A stretch of DNA of 64,000 nt, taken from positions 20,462,001-20,526,000 of the forward strand of contig OZ076409.1 of assembly GCA_964187785.1 (NCBI GenBank). Direction: 5' to 3'. A program made the translations under genes and the position numbers. Positions within the stretch are counted from its first letter, which is position 1; every line of letters begins with the position of its first letter. This stretch comes from Amphiscolops sp. MND2022. Its lineage: Eukaryota. Positions 15,801 through 27,251 of the stretch are shown here, piece by piece. The notes beneath the pieces were generated by a model. The model saw only the letters and a list, made by a program, of their open reading frames with translations, was not told where the DNA came from and did no database searches.

Positions 15801-17033
15801 GGCCAATATCATGAAATGGCAGCGGCTCCAACGAAGGCTCCGAATGCTGTTGGTGCTCAGCCCTCTACTGGCCTTGGTAACAACCCTCAGTACATCGACC
15901 TTACAAAGCTTCAGAAGAGTATACTACTCCAGGCCAGAAAACAAGAAATAGAAGACCGTGAGCGGAAGAACAAGAAACGAAAACGTAGTCTGTTCACCAA
16001 AATTCATAATTTGTTGAAGTTCTCTAACATCAAATCAAAAACAGAGGCATCCAAAGGAAACCAAAGTGGTCAATTGAATGCAACCAGTCCATTATCAGAT
16101 GACGAAGTATCAGTCTCAGCTTTCGCAACCAACCCCAACACTCCAAATTGTGATCAACTCAACTCTGTAAACAATAGATTCACGTTTGGTTCTCCTAGAA
16201 CAGGCAGCAACGCTGACTATTACTTCCAGAAGCATCGAAGCAATCAGAACAATAACAGATCCAGTTACAAATCCACCTCATCTGATACTCCAATTTCGGA
16301 CAAAAAATCAGCCGACTATAGACGCCTTGTCGACTTGAGTCACCTCAGAACAGTTGATCCTATCACTTCTCGCTCCTTCAGAAACTATGACAGACTCGCT
16401 TCGATAAAAAGTCGCCAATTTCAACAAGCAGCAGGCAATTATGCTTCTGTAAGAATTCCAAATGGTGCTAACTCCAACATGAGGGTCGAAACTTTGAATG
16501 TTCAAAATTCTGCATCCAACCAATCTCCGGTTCTGAACACACCGAAGAAGAGTTATTATATCTCTCTGGCAGACTTGAAACGCCCACCTTCCAGACCACC
16601 TCCGCCCGTGCCACCGAAAGAAGCGCAAAACTTGTTCCAGGCCCGAGTGAGCCGTCCAACTATTCCGAACAGACTTCCAAACCAGAATGCCCACGTGTTT
16701 GAACACGTGAACGGCATGTCCAAAGTAGTTGCCCAGAACCAAGCCAATGTTCAGTCCACCCCCAAATCAGACTGTGTAGATTCTTGCTACAAGTCAGACC
16801 AGAACCAGCTGAATTCCAAAGATAATTGCGACAATGTTTCATCCGGCTTGCCTTCTTTCAACTCCTCCAACTATATCAGGAATTACATGAACCAGCGGGA
16901 GATGATGACCAGATACCAGAACAGATTGATGAATGCGCCCAAGTTGGAAACCATCCAAGAACCCAATGGAGGAACCTTAGAAGCCTTGAAGGCAGCTCGT
17001 CTGGACAGCATTCCCTCGACAGAAGATACATAA
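828..17033 (+). CDS. ANKRD50: Ankyrin repeat domain-containing protein 50-like (multi-exon, 5' end upstream of window)
   Basis: Phase-compatible GT-AG exons: 828-1141, 2420-3046, 6822-6917, 7508-7661, 12258-12383, 13009-13254, 13807-14222, 14919-17033 (TAA). The first exon (EWITDVKLCGREFVVSAAEGHAMLAL...AELLALWVLWIG) resembles the ANKRD50 pre-ankyrin segment. It is followed by many ankyrin repeats (GWTALRAAAWEG, RTPLRAAAWRG, GRSPLMVAAWQGH) and a long low-complexity tail. The cag|gtacct at position 1-9 may be the donor of the previous exon. Confidence 0.85.
3605..4248 (-). mobile_element. Helentron-associated non-autonomous element (HINE/DINE-1-like), intronic copy
   Basis: Reverse-oriented copy of the family described for 20625-21283: acaagccgggaacggcctaagtcggcg at the left end, internal tandem atgccgaaaaacccaaaa units, a tRNA T-arm-like actcgaacccac, and gaaaacgccaactaa at the right end. 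Confidence 0.6.
4560..5604 (-). pseudogene. Possible highly decayed Tc1/mariner-like transposase remnant
   Basis: Minus-strand fragments in collinear order but different frames: QITAKDLKRKRLKFTKRL...IFFD...NKNSIN, VFQLDNKTP (cf. FQQDNAP) and IDWPL (cf. DWPP). Very degenerate. Confidence 0.3.
4692..4778. repeat. Direct duplication of about 41 bp (period about 46)
   Basis: ttctcattctctactgagattgatcgaaggaaaaggccaaa occurs twice in tandem. Confidence 0.85.
9212..9359. mobile_element. Small inverted-repeat element (MITE-like)
   Basis: Perfect 13-bp inverted repeat ctctcgtgtaacc ... ggttacacgagag enclosing about 120 bp; no clear TSD. Confidence 0.4.
9642..9770. mobile_element. Small foldback-type MITE with internally repeated arms
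   Basis: ataacgtctaaa twice on the left and tttagacgct/ttatt twice inverted on the right; flanks aaataaaac / aaatgaaac resemble an imperfect 9-bp TSD. Confidence 0.45.
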
Positions 17034-19046
17034 ATATTTAATATAATCGCCGCTGCTATCAAATCCTTGATTTTCTTTCTAAAAGCTGAGAATGTTGCGA
17101 TTCACACATTAACCAGCAAGTGCCAATTGAATCAATTCTCTGCCTTTGTTATGCAAGCAACAACATATTTGCTTTGAATTATGCAATTGTTCCACTTAAT
17201 TATGTTCAATATGCAAGTTTTGTGTTCATTTTAGTTGATTTTTCTTTCGCTTTTCATCCTTGTTTTTCATTTTCTAACGATGCAGTTCAAGACTCATCGT
17301 GCACGTTCAGCCAAATCTGGTTCTTTCAAAAATTATTCAGAGATTGAAGAGAAAGTAATTATGGGAAAATGTTCGGTATATATAAACAGAGTTTCGACAT
17401 CGCTATCTTTTTGCTGATTGCTTTTTTCACGGAAAAAAAGTATTTCTTCAAACTGTTAATTGTTCGACTTCAAGAATGTTTTAAAATTGAATGATCGTTT
17501 TGCAAGAAAAGACTGGAATTTTTCATACAATATAAGGGTTACAAGGGTGAGAATTATACTTTTTGTGAAATCCATCTCCGTAAATACTCCGAAGGAATTT
17601 TGTATTTGGACTCTTAGTTGCATTTGAAAAGCTAATGAAACCGCTGAAAAATTCCTACATTACCCGCAATTCACTAAATGGCTGATTAGCGGTGTCAAAA
17701 CTCTTATAAACTGTCTTTGGCTGTTGTGCTCTGATTTAGGGATGATTCTTCTTCATTCTAATCAACGTCTTACTACACATGATGTCACTTCCACAGCTCA
17801 CCTGGAAAAATACACAAATCGCTGCCTATCATAACTAGTAGTTTTTCTCTGCAAATGAATGTTTGAAGCATTCAAATCTGGACCTCCTCAGAAACAAACA
17901 AGAGCACTATTGCGCAATTATTCTGTCTCCTATTTTCTCGTTGACGGACTTTCTTCTTTGGTGCTGTTGTCCTTCTGATCTTTCTACGAGAAAAGATGGA
18001 TTACCATCGAATCTATCCTGTCATTGGACCTCTACTATTCATTCTTCAATGGGCGTAGACCACCACATATTCTATACCACCCACCATGTTAATTAACTAT
18101 TCCAACTTTTGTATACTAACTAAAACTTTATTTTGTATCGATCGTCTTTCCAGTCATCAAACTATTTCATGTCATCAGTGTCACTTTTTGTCGCTTAACC
18201 GCAAATGCGACGCGCAAGTTCTCCCGGAAAACAATCGCACGATAACAAACAATGAATTGGTTGATATCTAAATGCTTTTAAAAACGTTTTGCCTCAAAAC
18301 TTCCGATCACTATCTAAAAAACCTATAGGTCCAATAATTTGCATTCCCTTTTTGTTCTTATAGGCTATTTCGTGCACGTTCCGGTCTCCTCATCTTGAGA
18401 TTTTCGTGTCATTATTGGCGCCAACTTCGAATGATCCCTTGCATTTCTGGTTAAATGAGGGTTGGATTTGCGGCCGAAAGAGGGTCTGGGTTTTTCTCCA
18501 GGTTTGGTTTTCCAAGGGACTAACTTCAAGATTATTACGGAAAATCAACTTTTAACAAAAAACGTTCAATCTAGAAAATTTGGAGATATCAATAAAAAAC
18601 AAAAGTAAGGCCTTGCTGTTAACAACGCTGAAAAACTTAAGGAAGGACGGTTTAAAAGCTTTGCGAGTGGTGTAAAAGTACATCACATTCAAATTGACGG
18701 GGGGTTGAATGCTTTATATATAAGACACGGCAGAGGTTAGAAACAAAATGAATTCACTGTGAAATTTGCTAGTTTCAGTGGTTTTGAAAAAAGTCACTGC
18801 TGTATTTAGCACCCTCTGAACAAAGAAAGAAACTTAAAATGTGTCTCGAAAGAATGATCAAATAGAATATTATACTGATCAAGTGAAATTGCGTTACTAT
18901 CTCACTTTTGTCGTACTTTGAATTGAAGTCAAAATAATTTGAAACAACTCACATGTTCGACCAACTGTTTTAATGTCAAAATCTTCCAGAATATTAAGGT
19001 ATCCCAAATGTGAATGAAAAGTCAAAACTGGTGCATTTCTGTTTAA

Positions 19047-19638
19047 CCCCAATCGACCTGGGCGTTTTTTAAAATTTTCGAAAAATTTTCCAAAAAAATT
19101 TCAATCATCGATATCTCCACAACTACGCGTACCAGAGGAACGAACTATAGCGCGTTTGAAAGGTCTGATATTGGGCTTTCATTTTGGTCAGGTGAGCCCC
19201 TGTCGCCACGCGCCCCTTCCTTCAGAATTTTAGTCTCTTTTTCCGGTACCGCCGATTCGCGGCAGTTCCGCACTTCGTGCGGCACGCTGCGCGGGGGCTT
19301 GTAGTAACAACAGAATATTATAGGGGTTTGTTGCACTAGGACTTGTTGTGGAAGGGTATGTGGTTGGTTTTTTCTATTGATCAAAGACTTTTGAGAAAAC
19401 AGCATTTCGTCAAAATCTGAATTTTGAGAAAATATAAGTCTTTTCTTGTGCAAAAAACCCATTTTTCTCAGCTTTGGAGATATATTCCCTTTTTCTAATG
19501 CTTGTGCCATTCAAACCAATCTAGGTACCAATTACTTGTTGAAAAAAACCGTGCTAGAGAAAATGGGCTACTGGCAAAAGGAATCAGAATTTGGAAGAAA
19601 AGGTAGGCTGCTTTAAAGCATCACTAGGTTCATTGGGG
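19047..19638. mobile_element. piggyBac-like non-autonomous element (MITE)
   Basis: TTAA|ccccaatcgacctgg ... ctaggttcattgggg|TTAA: TTAA target duplication and CCC-starting imperfect TIRs, no transposase. Confidence 0.75.
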
Positions 19639-20624
19639 TTAAACTGCCAGACTCAAGGCTAAACTTTTTGCACTTTCTTGGGTCATAAATGTTTGGGAGA
19701 ATGATCTTAACATTCAATTGACATCCTCGAAAATGAGAACTCATGTATTGTCCATACTGTTTCTCCATAAACGCAGCCGCGTCGTTTTTTCGGTCGTTTC
19801 CAATTTTTCCCGAAGTGGCACTGATGAATGATGTGAAACCATCTAACTTCACCCTACTCTACTCAGCAATTAATTTGGAACAATTCTTCCGTTGACACGC
19901 ACTTCTCGGTGAAACATTTCAATCAATTTTGTCATAACTGGTTGAGCTTCATCGTTTGCTGGAATAATCTCAATTACGATGGAGTTTGACCAGTAGTTGA
20001 TTTGGGTCCTGTTCCAGCCTAATATATTATAGCAGTCTAACTACTGAAGTTATATTTTTGTAGAAATCATAATTTATTTATACAAGAGCAGTTTACCGGT
20101 TTTTGTCGAATGTTTTTGTGCTAATTTAATTCATAATCGTGTCCGTGTTTGTTCCTGTCTCTGTACGATAGAGAAACATCTCAGGCTTTCTATTTTGCAG
20201 TAGGTTTGCGACAAACATTCAATTTTCGTGTTGTAGTTAAATTTGTAAGTCTTCAAATTTATTTTTGTGCAAATGAATTGCCAGTTAGCTAATGATTTTG
20301 GATCAGCAAAGCTTTTGAAAAAAAATTCATATACCTTTCCGTGTTTTGTTCACTTGCTCGGACAGCCTCAACTTACTCATGGAATTCATGACCAATTGAT
20401 TAAGTCCTAAATGATGTCTCATACGTTTTACAGTATTTGGTTGTCTGCTCTTTTCATGCGCATCAATGCTTGGCTTAAAGTTTGACTGTTCAGCATTGTT
20501 CATAGCCTAAAGTTGCAGTATTTAGCAAATTGGTTAAATAGTTTATCCAAATGTTTCAACTTGAGTCCATTGGTTGAACACTTTTTGGAAAATTGGTCGG
20601 CGTTTTTTTCAAACTGTCGGATTT

Positions 20625-21283
20625 TTAGTCGGCGCTTCATGAAGTGAAACGCGACTATTATAGTGGCTTTTCTTTTTTTTTCAATCCACACGAACTGACC
20701 AAAATAGTTCTACAAAATATTATTGCACCAAATTGCACTATTTGGTCTAGCGAACTGAACCAAAAAGGTTTTTCCTGTTTTCCCGCGTAACATACCATAC
20801 CCGGCGAGACCAAAGGGTCCCCCCTTCCAATTTTTTTCGGCACTGCGAGACTTTTTTTCCGGGAATTTTTTTTCCTCAAAGGGTCCCCTTCATTTTTTTT
20901 GCTGTTTTGCGACAGAATGGATGTTGGAAAATCCCAAAGGGTCCCCCCTTTCAGTTTTTTCGGCAATGTGAGATTTTTTTTCCGAAAATAAAAATTTTTC
21001 CCCCTTCAATTTTTTGATGTTTTGCGACAAAACCCCCTCAACTGCGATAAAAATGTTGACAATTTCGGAAGTGTCCCCCTTTCAGCGCGCCAGGGGCTCG
21101 CGCTAGCGGGCTCCGGCGCGCCACTCAGTCCATTTTTTTGAGTATGTAATTTTTTCGAAAAAATTTTTTTCGTAAAATTTTCGATTTTCGAGTACTGTAA
21201 AAGAGAATACTTGACACTTGGAAGTCTGTTTGCTATTTTTGAGCCTTGGATATGGCGCCGACTTGGGCCTGTCCCGGCTTGTT
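20625..21283 (+). mobile_element. Helentron-associated non-autonomous element (HINE/DINE-1-like)
   Basis: Starts TT-agtcggcgc followed by a short inverted copy (cgcgact). Central tandem ttttcggcactg/gggtcccc units. Ends with the sub-terminal inverted repeat ggcgccgact, a GC stem-loop (gggcctgtcccggc) and ttgtt. Many copies in the window. Confidence 0.65.
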
Positions 21284-21367
21284 TAAACTCAAAAGCTCCG
21301 TCCACAGAATTCAACAACATTTCTGGGCAAAAACATTCCTGGTGTCTGGTGGAAGTCTAGTAACGAT

Positions 21368-21614
21368 TGTTCACGCTAATATGACCTGAATGAACTTCAT
21401 GTTAAATACTACTTGAATTTCTTCATTTATGACTTTCTAATTACTCTATGCCACGTTGCTTAACATGTTTGACTTCAATGAATAACCAATCATATTGCAA
21501 TACGTAATTGTTCACGTGGCTTCTCATTCACTCATTTGTTTAGCAAGTCAAAGAAAACGTTTGGATTTAATTCAAACTTTCAATTTCTTTTTTTGCCACA
21601 ATCGGCTCAGAACA
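21368..21614 (+). repeat. 5' LTR of BEL/Pao element
   Basis: TGttcacgct...ggctcagaaCA; direct repeat of 28186-28432. Confidence 0.95.
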
Positions 21615-21619
21615 TTTTT

Positions 21620-21637
21620 TGGTGCCGCGACCCGGGA
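21620..21637 (+). promoter_or_regulatory. Primer binding site (tRNA-His-like)
   Basis: TGGTGCCGCGACCCGGGA 5 nt after the LTR end; resembles the complement of the tRNA-His 3' end (TGGTGCCGTGACTCGG). Confidence 0.7.
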
Positions 21638-21682
21638 AACATTCTCGGAAATTCTTCAGCAGCTCTCTCTAACTACCAATTC

Positions 21683-24600
21683 ATGGCGGAGGAGGAGTTA
21701 ACAGGCCAACAGGCACTGACAATGGCCGAACAAAAGGTTCGTCTCAGTCAACTCAAGAGAAGACGAGGCGGTCACAAATCGACTGTCACAAAACTTCTAG
21801 CTGACGCACAGGTTATTAGTCAAACCGGCTCTACAGATAGTGCCACAATCGATCGATTACAGCAAATTGTCGAACGAATTCGCCAGAAACAAAAGGACAT
21901 CGCAGCAATCAATGAGCGATTATTTGACATAATAGATTTGGTTGATCCAGATTCTATTGAGCAAGAAATAGAAGAAACTGAACGAGCGGCCGAGCTACAT
22001 GCTGAGGATTTGTGGAAGCTCGAAAAACTCATCGAAAACTTCACCAAGCCTCTCAAGCCGGTCATTCCTTTACAAACTACAAGTTTATCCAGTCAAGCTA
22101 CACCAAAGCGAGACAATGCCAAGCTCCCAAAACTAAACATACCTGACTTTGATGGTTGTTACAAGTCTTGGACTTCCTTTTGGGATCTATTTCGAACGTC
22201 TGTGGACGCGAACAAGAGTTTGAGCAGAGCTGAGAAACTCAGTTACTTAAAATCTTTCTTGAAAGGTGAACCTGCTCGGATCACTTCAGCATTACAGATT
22301 ACAGACGCCAATTATGACGTCGCATGCAAGGTACTACAGGAACGTTATAACAATGAACGATCAATTGTGAGAGCCCACACAGCAGCTTTATTGAATTATC
22401 CTGCTCTTAAGCAAGAAAGTGCAGCTGCGCTCCGCAATTTACAGTGCGAAGTCAGTGAAAATCTGTTTGCGCTTGAAGCCAAGGGATTTTTTGAAACTCG
22501 GAAGGATCCATTGGTACTCAATCTTGTAGATGACAAGCTTGATCATGAATCAAGCCGCCAGTGGGAACTCAGCCTCGAAGGGAACGACGTTCCAACTCTC
22601 GATAAGCTGCTTACTTTCATTGATCACCGAGCAAGGGCACTTGAAACTCTACCTCGGAAGGAGAAACCCAGCATTCCAGCAGCGTCACGACCCGCAGCAA
22701 GTGGCAAGCATATGAGCTACCATCAACAAGAACAGCCGTGTCCAGTGTGCAATGCGGGCGAACATCGGATTTATGGCTGTCCCAAATTTTTAGCGATGAC
22801 TGCAGAGCAAAGATACGCTGAAGTTTTGAGGTTGAAACTATGCGGGAATTGTCTGCAACCCGGTCATTTGAAAGCCAAATGTCCCAGCAAGCGCAACTGC
22901 AAAACATGTAACAGGCGTCACAATTCTCTATTACACAAAGAGAATACATCCAACACAGTGGGACATGCGCAGGTAATGCTCACTAATGATAATGTCCAAA
23001 CCATTTTGGGGACTGTTGAGATGTCTGTGCTTGGCAATGGGGGAAAATGGGTTCCAATGCGGGCCCTCTTAGATTCGGGATCCACCTATAACATGATCAC
23101 GGAGCATGGGGTCCAAAGACTTGGGTTACACCCCAAGCAAACTACGACAACAATACGAGCAGTTGGACAATGCACAGGTCCACATCTCAAAGGAGAGATC
23201 AACGTGCAATTACTGTGTAGATAATCTGCAACGGTGCTTCCCACGAATCTAGCTGTGACCAAAACGATCACTGGTCTCTTACCAGCAACTAAAGTATGTT
23301 TGCCAGAGAATCAATTAACAGGTTATAAAATGGCAGACCCTAATTTCGGAACTCCTGGTCCCATTGATCTCCTAATTGGTGCAAATCTTTATGATACAAT
23401 CGTTCTCAGTGAACGAATCAAATTGCAAAACAGACTGTTTTTGCGAAATACTCTTTGTGGTTGGATGCTTTCTGGCTCACTATCTAGTCGTGTTAAAGGT
23501 GATCTTCAACGTTCCTTTCATGTAGCTATCGACCCATCAGTTAATCAATCTTCAACTAATGATCCACTGACGAGATTTTGGGAAATTGAGGAAATCCCGA
23601 AGAAACGATTCCTAACACCGGAGGAAGAGCAGTGTGAGCAAATCTTCAAGGACACTACAAGACGGTGTGCTGATGGCAGATTCTCAGTGTCTCTTCCCTT
23701 CAATCCTGAAGCTAAACCACTCGGTGATAGTTTTCAGCATGCCCAACGGCGTTTCTTGTCTCTTGAGAGGCGCCTAGAGAAGCAACCAATACTCAAGGAG
23801 CGATACTCCAAGTTCATAAATGAATTCATTGATCTTGATCATTTAGAGATCATACCTGTGGATGAAATTGAAAAACCAGACAACGAGATGTTCTACTTGC
23901 CACACCATTGCGTTGAAAAGGAGGCCAGCACAACGACAAATTTGCGTGTGGTGTTCGACGCATCCGCCATTACCACTTCAGGCACATCTCTCAACGATAT
24001 TCTGCTTACAGGTCCTCGACTTCAAGATGATCTTTTCGAAATACTACTCAGATTTCGGTTTCATCGCATCGGTCTTACAGCGGATGTAGAAAAAATGTAC
24101 CGACAAATTGCTCTGAATTCACCTGACAAGGACTTCCATCGTATTTTGTGGCGAGAGCGAAAATCCGAATCACTCAAAACATACAGAATGACACGTGTGA
24201 CCTATGGGGTCAGATCTTCAGCGCATCACTCCACGCGGGCCCTTCAGGAGACAGCTCATGTCGAGTATGATTCTCAAACAACGGCCGTGGTTCTGCGCGA
24301 CTTTGCCGTAGACGACTTACTCACAGGACCATCTAGTCTTGAGGATGCTCTTGAGCTCAAGAACAGAATTACTACACAGCTCAAAAAGGCCGGATTTAAT
24401 CCCCGTAAATGGTCTTCAAGCAGTTCTGAATTCATGCACAGGTTGCCTGAAGCATTGCAAGAAGCACCCTCAGCTTATATTATTGAAGACAGGAATCATA
24501 GTATTAAAGTTCTAGGAATAAAATGGATTCCTCTCGACGATTACTTTTGCTTCACAACACGTGAATTTGAAGATTACAACCCTACAAAACGTCAACTGTT

Positions 24601-26871
24601 GTCAGATATCGCCAAACTTTATGATCCTTTGGGGTGGTTATCACCAGCAATAATCAAATTCAAATTGCTAATCCAGGAGACATGGTTGGCTGGAGTTGGT
24701 TGGGATGAGGCCGTCGGAGACTCAATTGCTACGAAATGGCGCAGTGCCAAAGACACATTTAGCGATCTGGCTCAAATTAAACTTAACCGTTGTGTGCTAC
24801 CTCCCGGAAAAATCTGCACTACCGAGCTGCATGTATTTTGCGACGCGTCGGAACGTGCTTATGCTGCAGTAGTCTATTCACGAATTCAAGACGATCTTGG
24901 CACCATCCGAGTTCAGCTCCTTTCGGCGAAATCCAAGGTTGCACCAATCAAAACAGTAAGCCTTCCACGGTTAGAATTGTGTGCAGCCGATCTGGGTGGT
25001 AAGCTAGTGCCAATCTGCAAAGACGCACTGGAAAAGATGGATGTTCAAATTGATTCCATCCATGGTTGGACAGATTCCACAATTGTCTTGTCTTGGTTAG
25101 CAGACTATCCATCGAATTGGTCAGCCTTCGTTGGCAATCGAGTTTCAAGCATTCAGAAGGCAATAGCCCCTGAGCAGTGGGGGCACGTGGACTCGAGCAA
25201 CAATCCTGCAGATTGCGCCTCTCGGGGTCTTCTGTCTCAAGAGTTGACAACTTTTCAGCTTTGGTGGGATGGACCAAGTTGGCTCACGACTGATAGCAAC
25301 CACTGGCCACAGCAACCTGTCGTGCCCAAAATGATGCCACCTGAACGTCGAAAAAACAAAACAGTGGCGCTGGCAGTAGCCAGTCCTCCCGCCCCAGTGA
25401 TTGATGTGGAGCGCTTCTCGCAGTGGAGAAGACTCATGGCGACGACGAAAAGAATTGTCCTTCTGACAAGTAGAATCAAATCAAACGAAGAATACTCAAA
25501 ACTGGACGAGGTAACAGCCCACTTGAAGGCCCGTAACGCACTTTTGAAGCTTCATCAGCAGCATCATTTTGCGACCGAAATCAATCAAATCATCGGGCAA
25601 AGGCAATATACTGGAAAACTCTTACCGCTCTCTCCATTCTTTGACAACGAAGATAACCTGCTCCGAGTTGGTGGCAGATTATTGCAAAGCAATTACAATG
25701 AGGACATCAAATTTCCATTTATCGTCGCGGAAGATACCCATTTTGCAACCCTATTGATAAGGGATGCCCATCAAAACACTCTGCATGGTGGACCGCAAGC
25801 AACGCTCTACAAGCTCAGACAAGAATTTTGGATCACAGGTGGAGTCAAAACAGTGGCACGTATCATCAAGCAGTGCATCACCTGTATACGCTTCAGCAAA
25901 AGCACCCACCAGCCTCAGATGGGCGACTTGCCAGCAGAGCGAATCTCCTCAACTAGAACTTTCACCAATGTCGGCCTGGACTTTGGTGGTCCAATACACA
26001 TTAAGATCAGCAAAGGCAAGCTTGAGAAGGCCTGCATTGCGCTCTTCATTTGCATGGCAACGAAGCTATACACATAGAAGTTGTATCATCACTGACAACA
26101 GCAGCTTGCGTCGCAGCATTGCGCAGGTTCGTTGCACGACGAGGGCTCCCATCAGCTATCTTTTCCGACAATGGAGCAAATTTTATTGGTGCCAGAAGTG
26201 AGCTTTCAGCGCTTCTAAACATCCTAAACGACAAGTCAGCCAATTCTCTGACTCAGTTCTCCAACGCTAAAGGCACTGCATGGCTCATGATTCCACCCAG
26301 AGCACCGCACTTTGGAGGTCTATGGGAGGCCGGCATCAAGAGTTGCAAAACGTTATTGCGCAAAATTGTTGGAGTTCAAACCTCAACCTTCGAGGAGCTT
26401 TACACTGTGCTCACTCAAGTGGAAGCTGCTCTCAATTCACGCCCCATTGGCCCCATGTCTTCAGACCCGAATGACTTGAACGTTTTGTCACCGGGACATT
26501 TCCTCATCGGATCACCACTCGATGCATGGCCAGATGCAACTGATTCAAAGGACCTAACACTTAATCCTCAACAGCGTTGGAAGTTAATGCAGCAACTTTC
26601 ACGAAGCTTTTGGACTCGATGGCAAGCCGAGTACCTTAACAACCTTCAACACAGAAGTAAATGGACAAAAGATGTGCCCATCTTCCAAGTTGGCGATCTC
26701 GTCCTAGTTAAAGAGGACAACAATCCTCCACTTGTATGGCCACGCGCACGAATCACAAGGATCTTCGCAGGCAACGATGATGTCATTAGAGTGGTTCAAT
26801 TGAGGACGGCAGCAGGAACCTACAATAGACCTGCCTCAAAATTGAGGCTTCTGAGTCCTACTGGAAACTGA
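21683..26871 (+). pseudogene. BEL/Pao gag-pol polyprotein, disrupted by one in-frame stop and one frameshift
   Basis: Gag (LPKLNIPDFDG..W.SFWDLF, DUF1759-like), three zinc knuckles (CPVC..H..C, CGNC..GH..C, CKTC..HNSLLH), protease ALLDSGS, RT (ADVEKMYRQI, FAVDDLLTG), RNase H (LHVFCDASERAYAA) and integrase (H..HGG..CITC, GLDFGG, SDNGANF, GGLWEA). In-frame TAA at 23222-23224; 1-nt deletion near 26060 (ATK-LYT instead of ATK-AIHIEVV). Confidence 0.93.
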
Positions 26872-27251
26872 AAATCGCAATCAGGAAAGTTGCTCTAAAT
26901 TTGCAACTATCATCACCTCCTAGAGCTCAAATCGAAAAAAACGCTACGTCATGACTTATCACGGACCTTATGGAAGCTCATGTATCCATTATTGAAGCCC
27001 TATAACTTACAAGCTTTATGGGCGAACACCGTTTATCATGCAATCTTGTTTTATCTTAAACAAATTTTTGTCGAATTATATTTATTACACTCTTTCAAGC
27101 CAACTACTTTGGATGATTTATTCTACTCCTGCATACATGACTGGACTACCACGAATGAAACCGAACTCAATTGGCGTAATCTTCAATTGAAGTTCATCAA
27201 ATATCACAACAACAATTCAGCAAAAATCAAATTTGATTTCAAACATACCCA

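Noticed and set aside
17720..17810. Possible minus-strand exon (ttttccag acceptor near 17802)
   Set aside because: Short frames only, with no partner exon or homology recognised.
23222..23224. In-frame TAA between gag and pol as a programmed readthrough site
   Set aside because: It falls inside the protease domain, downstream of DSGS, and BEL/Pao elements normally have one continuous ORF. A nonsense mutation is simpler.
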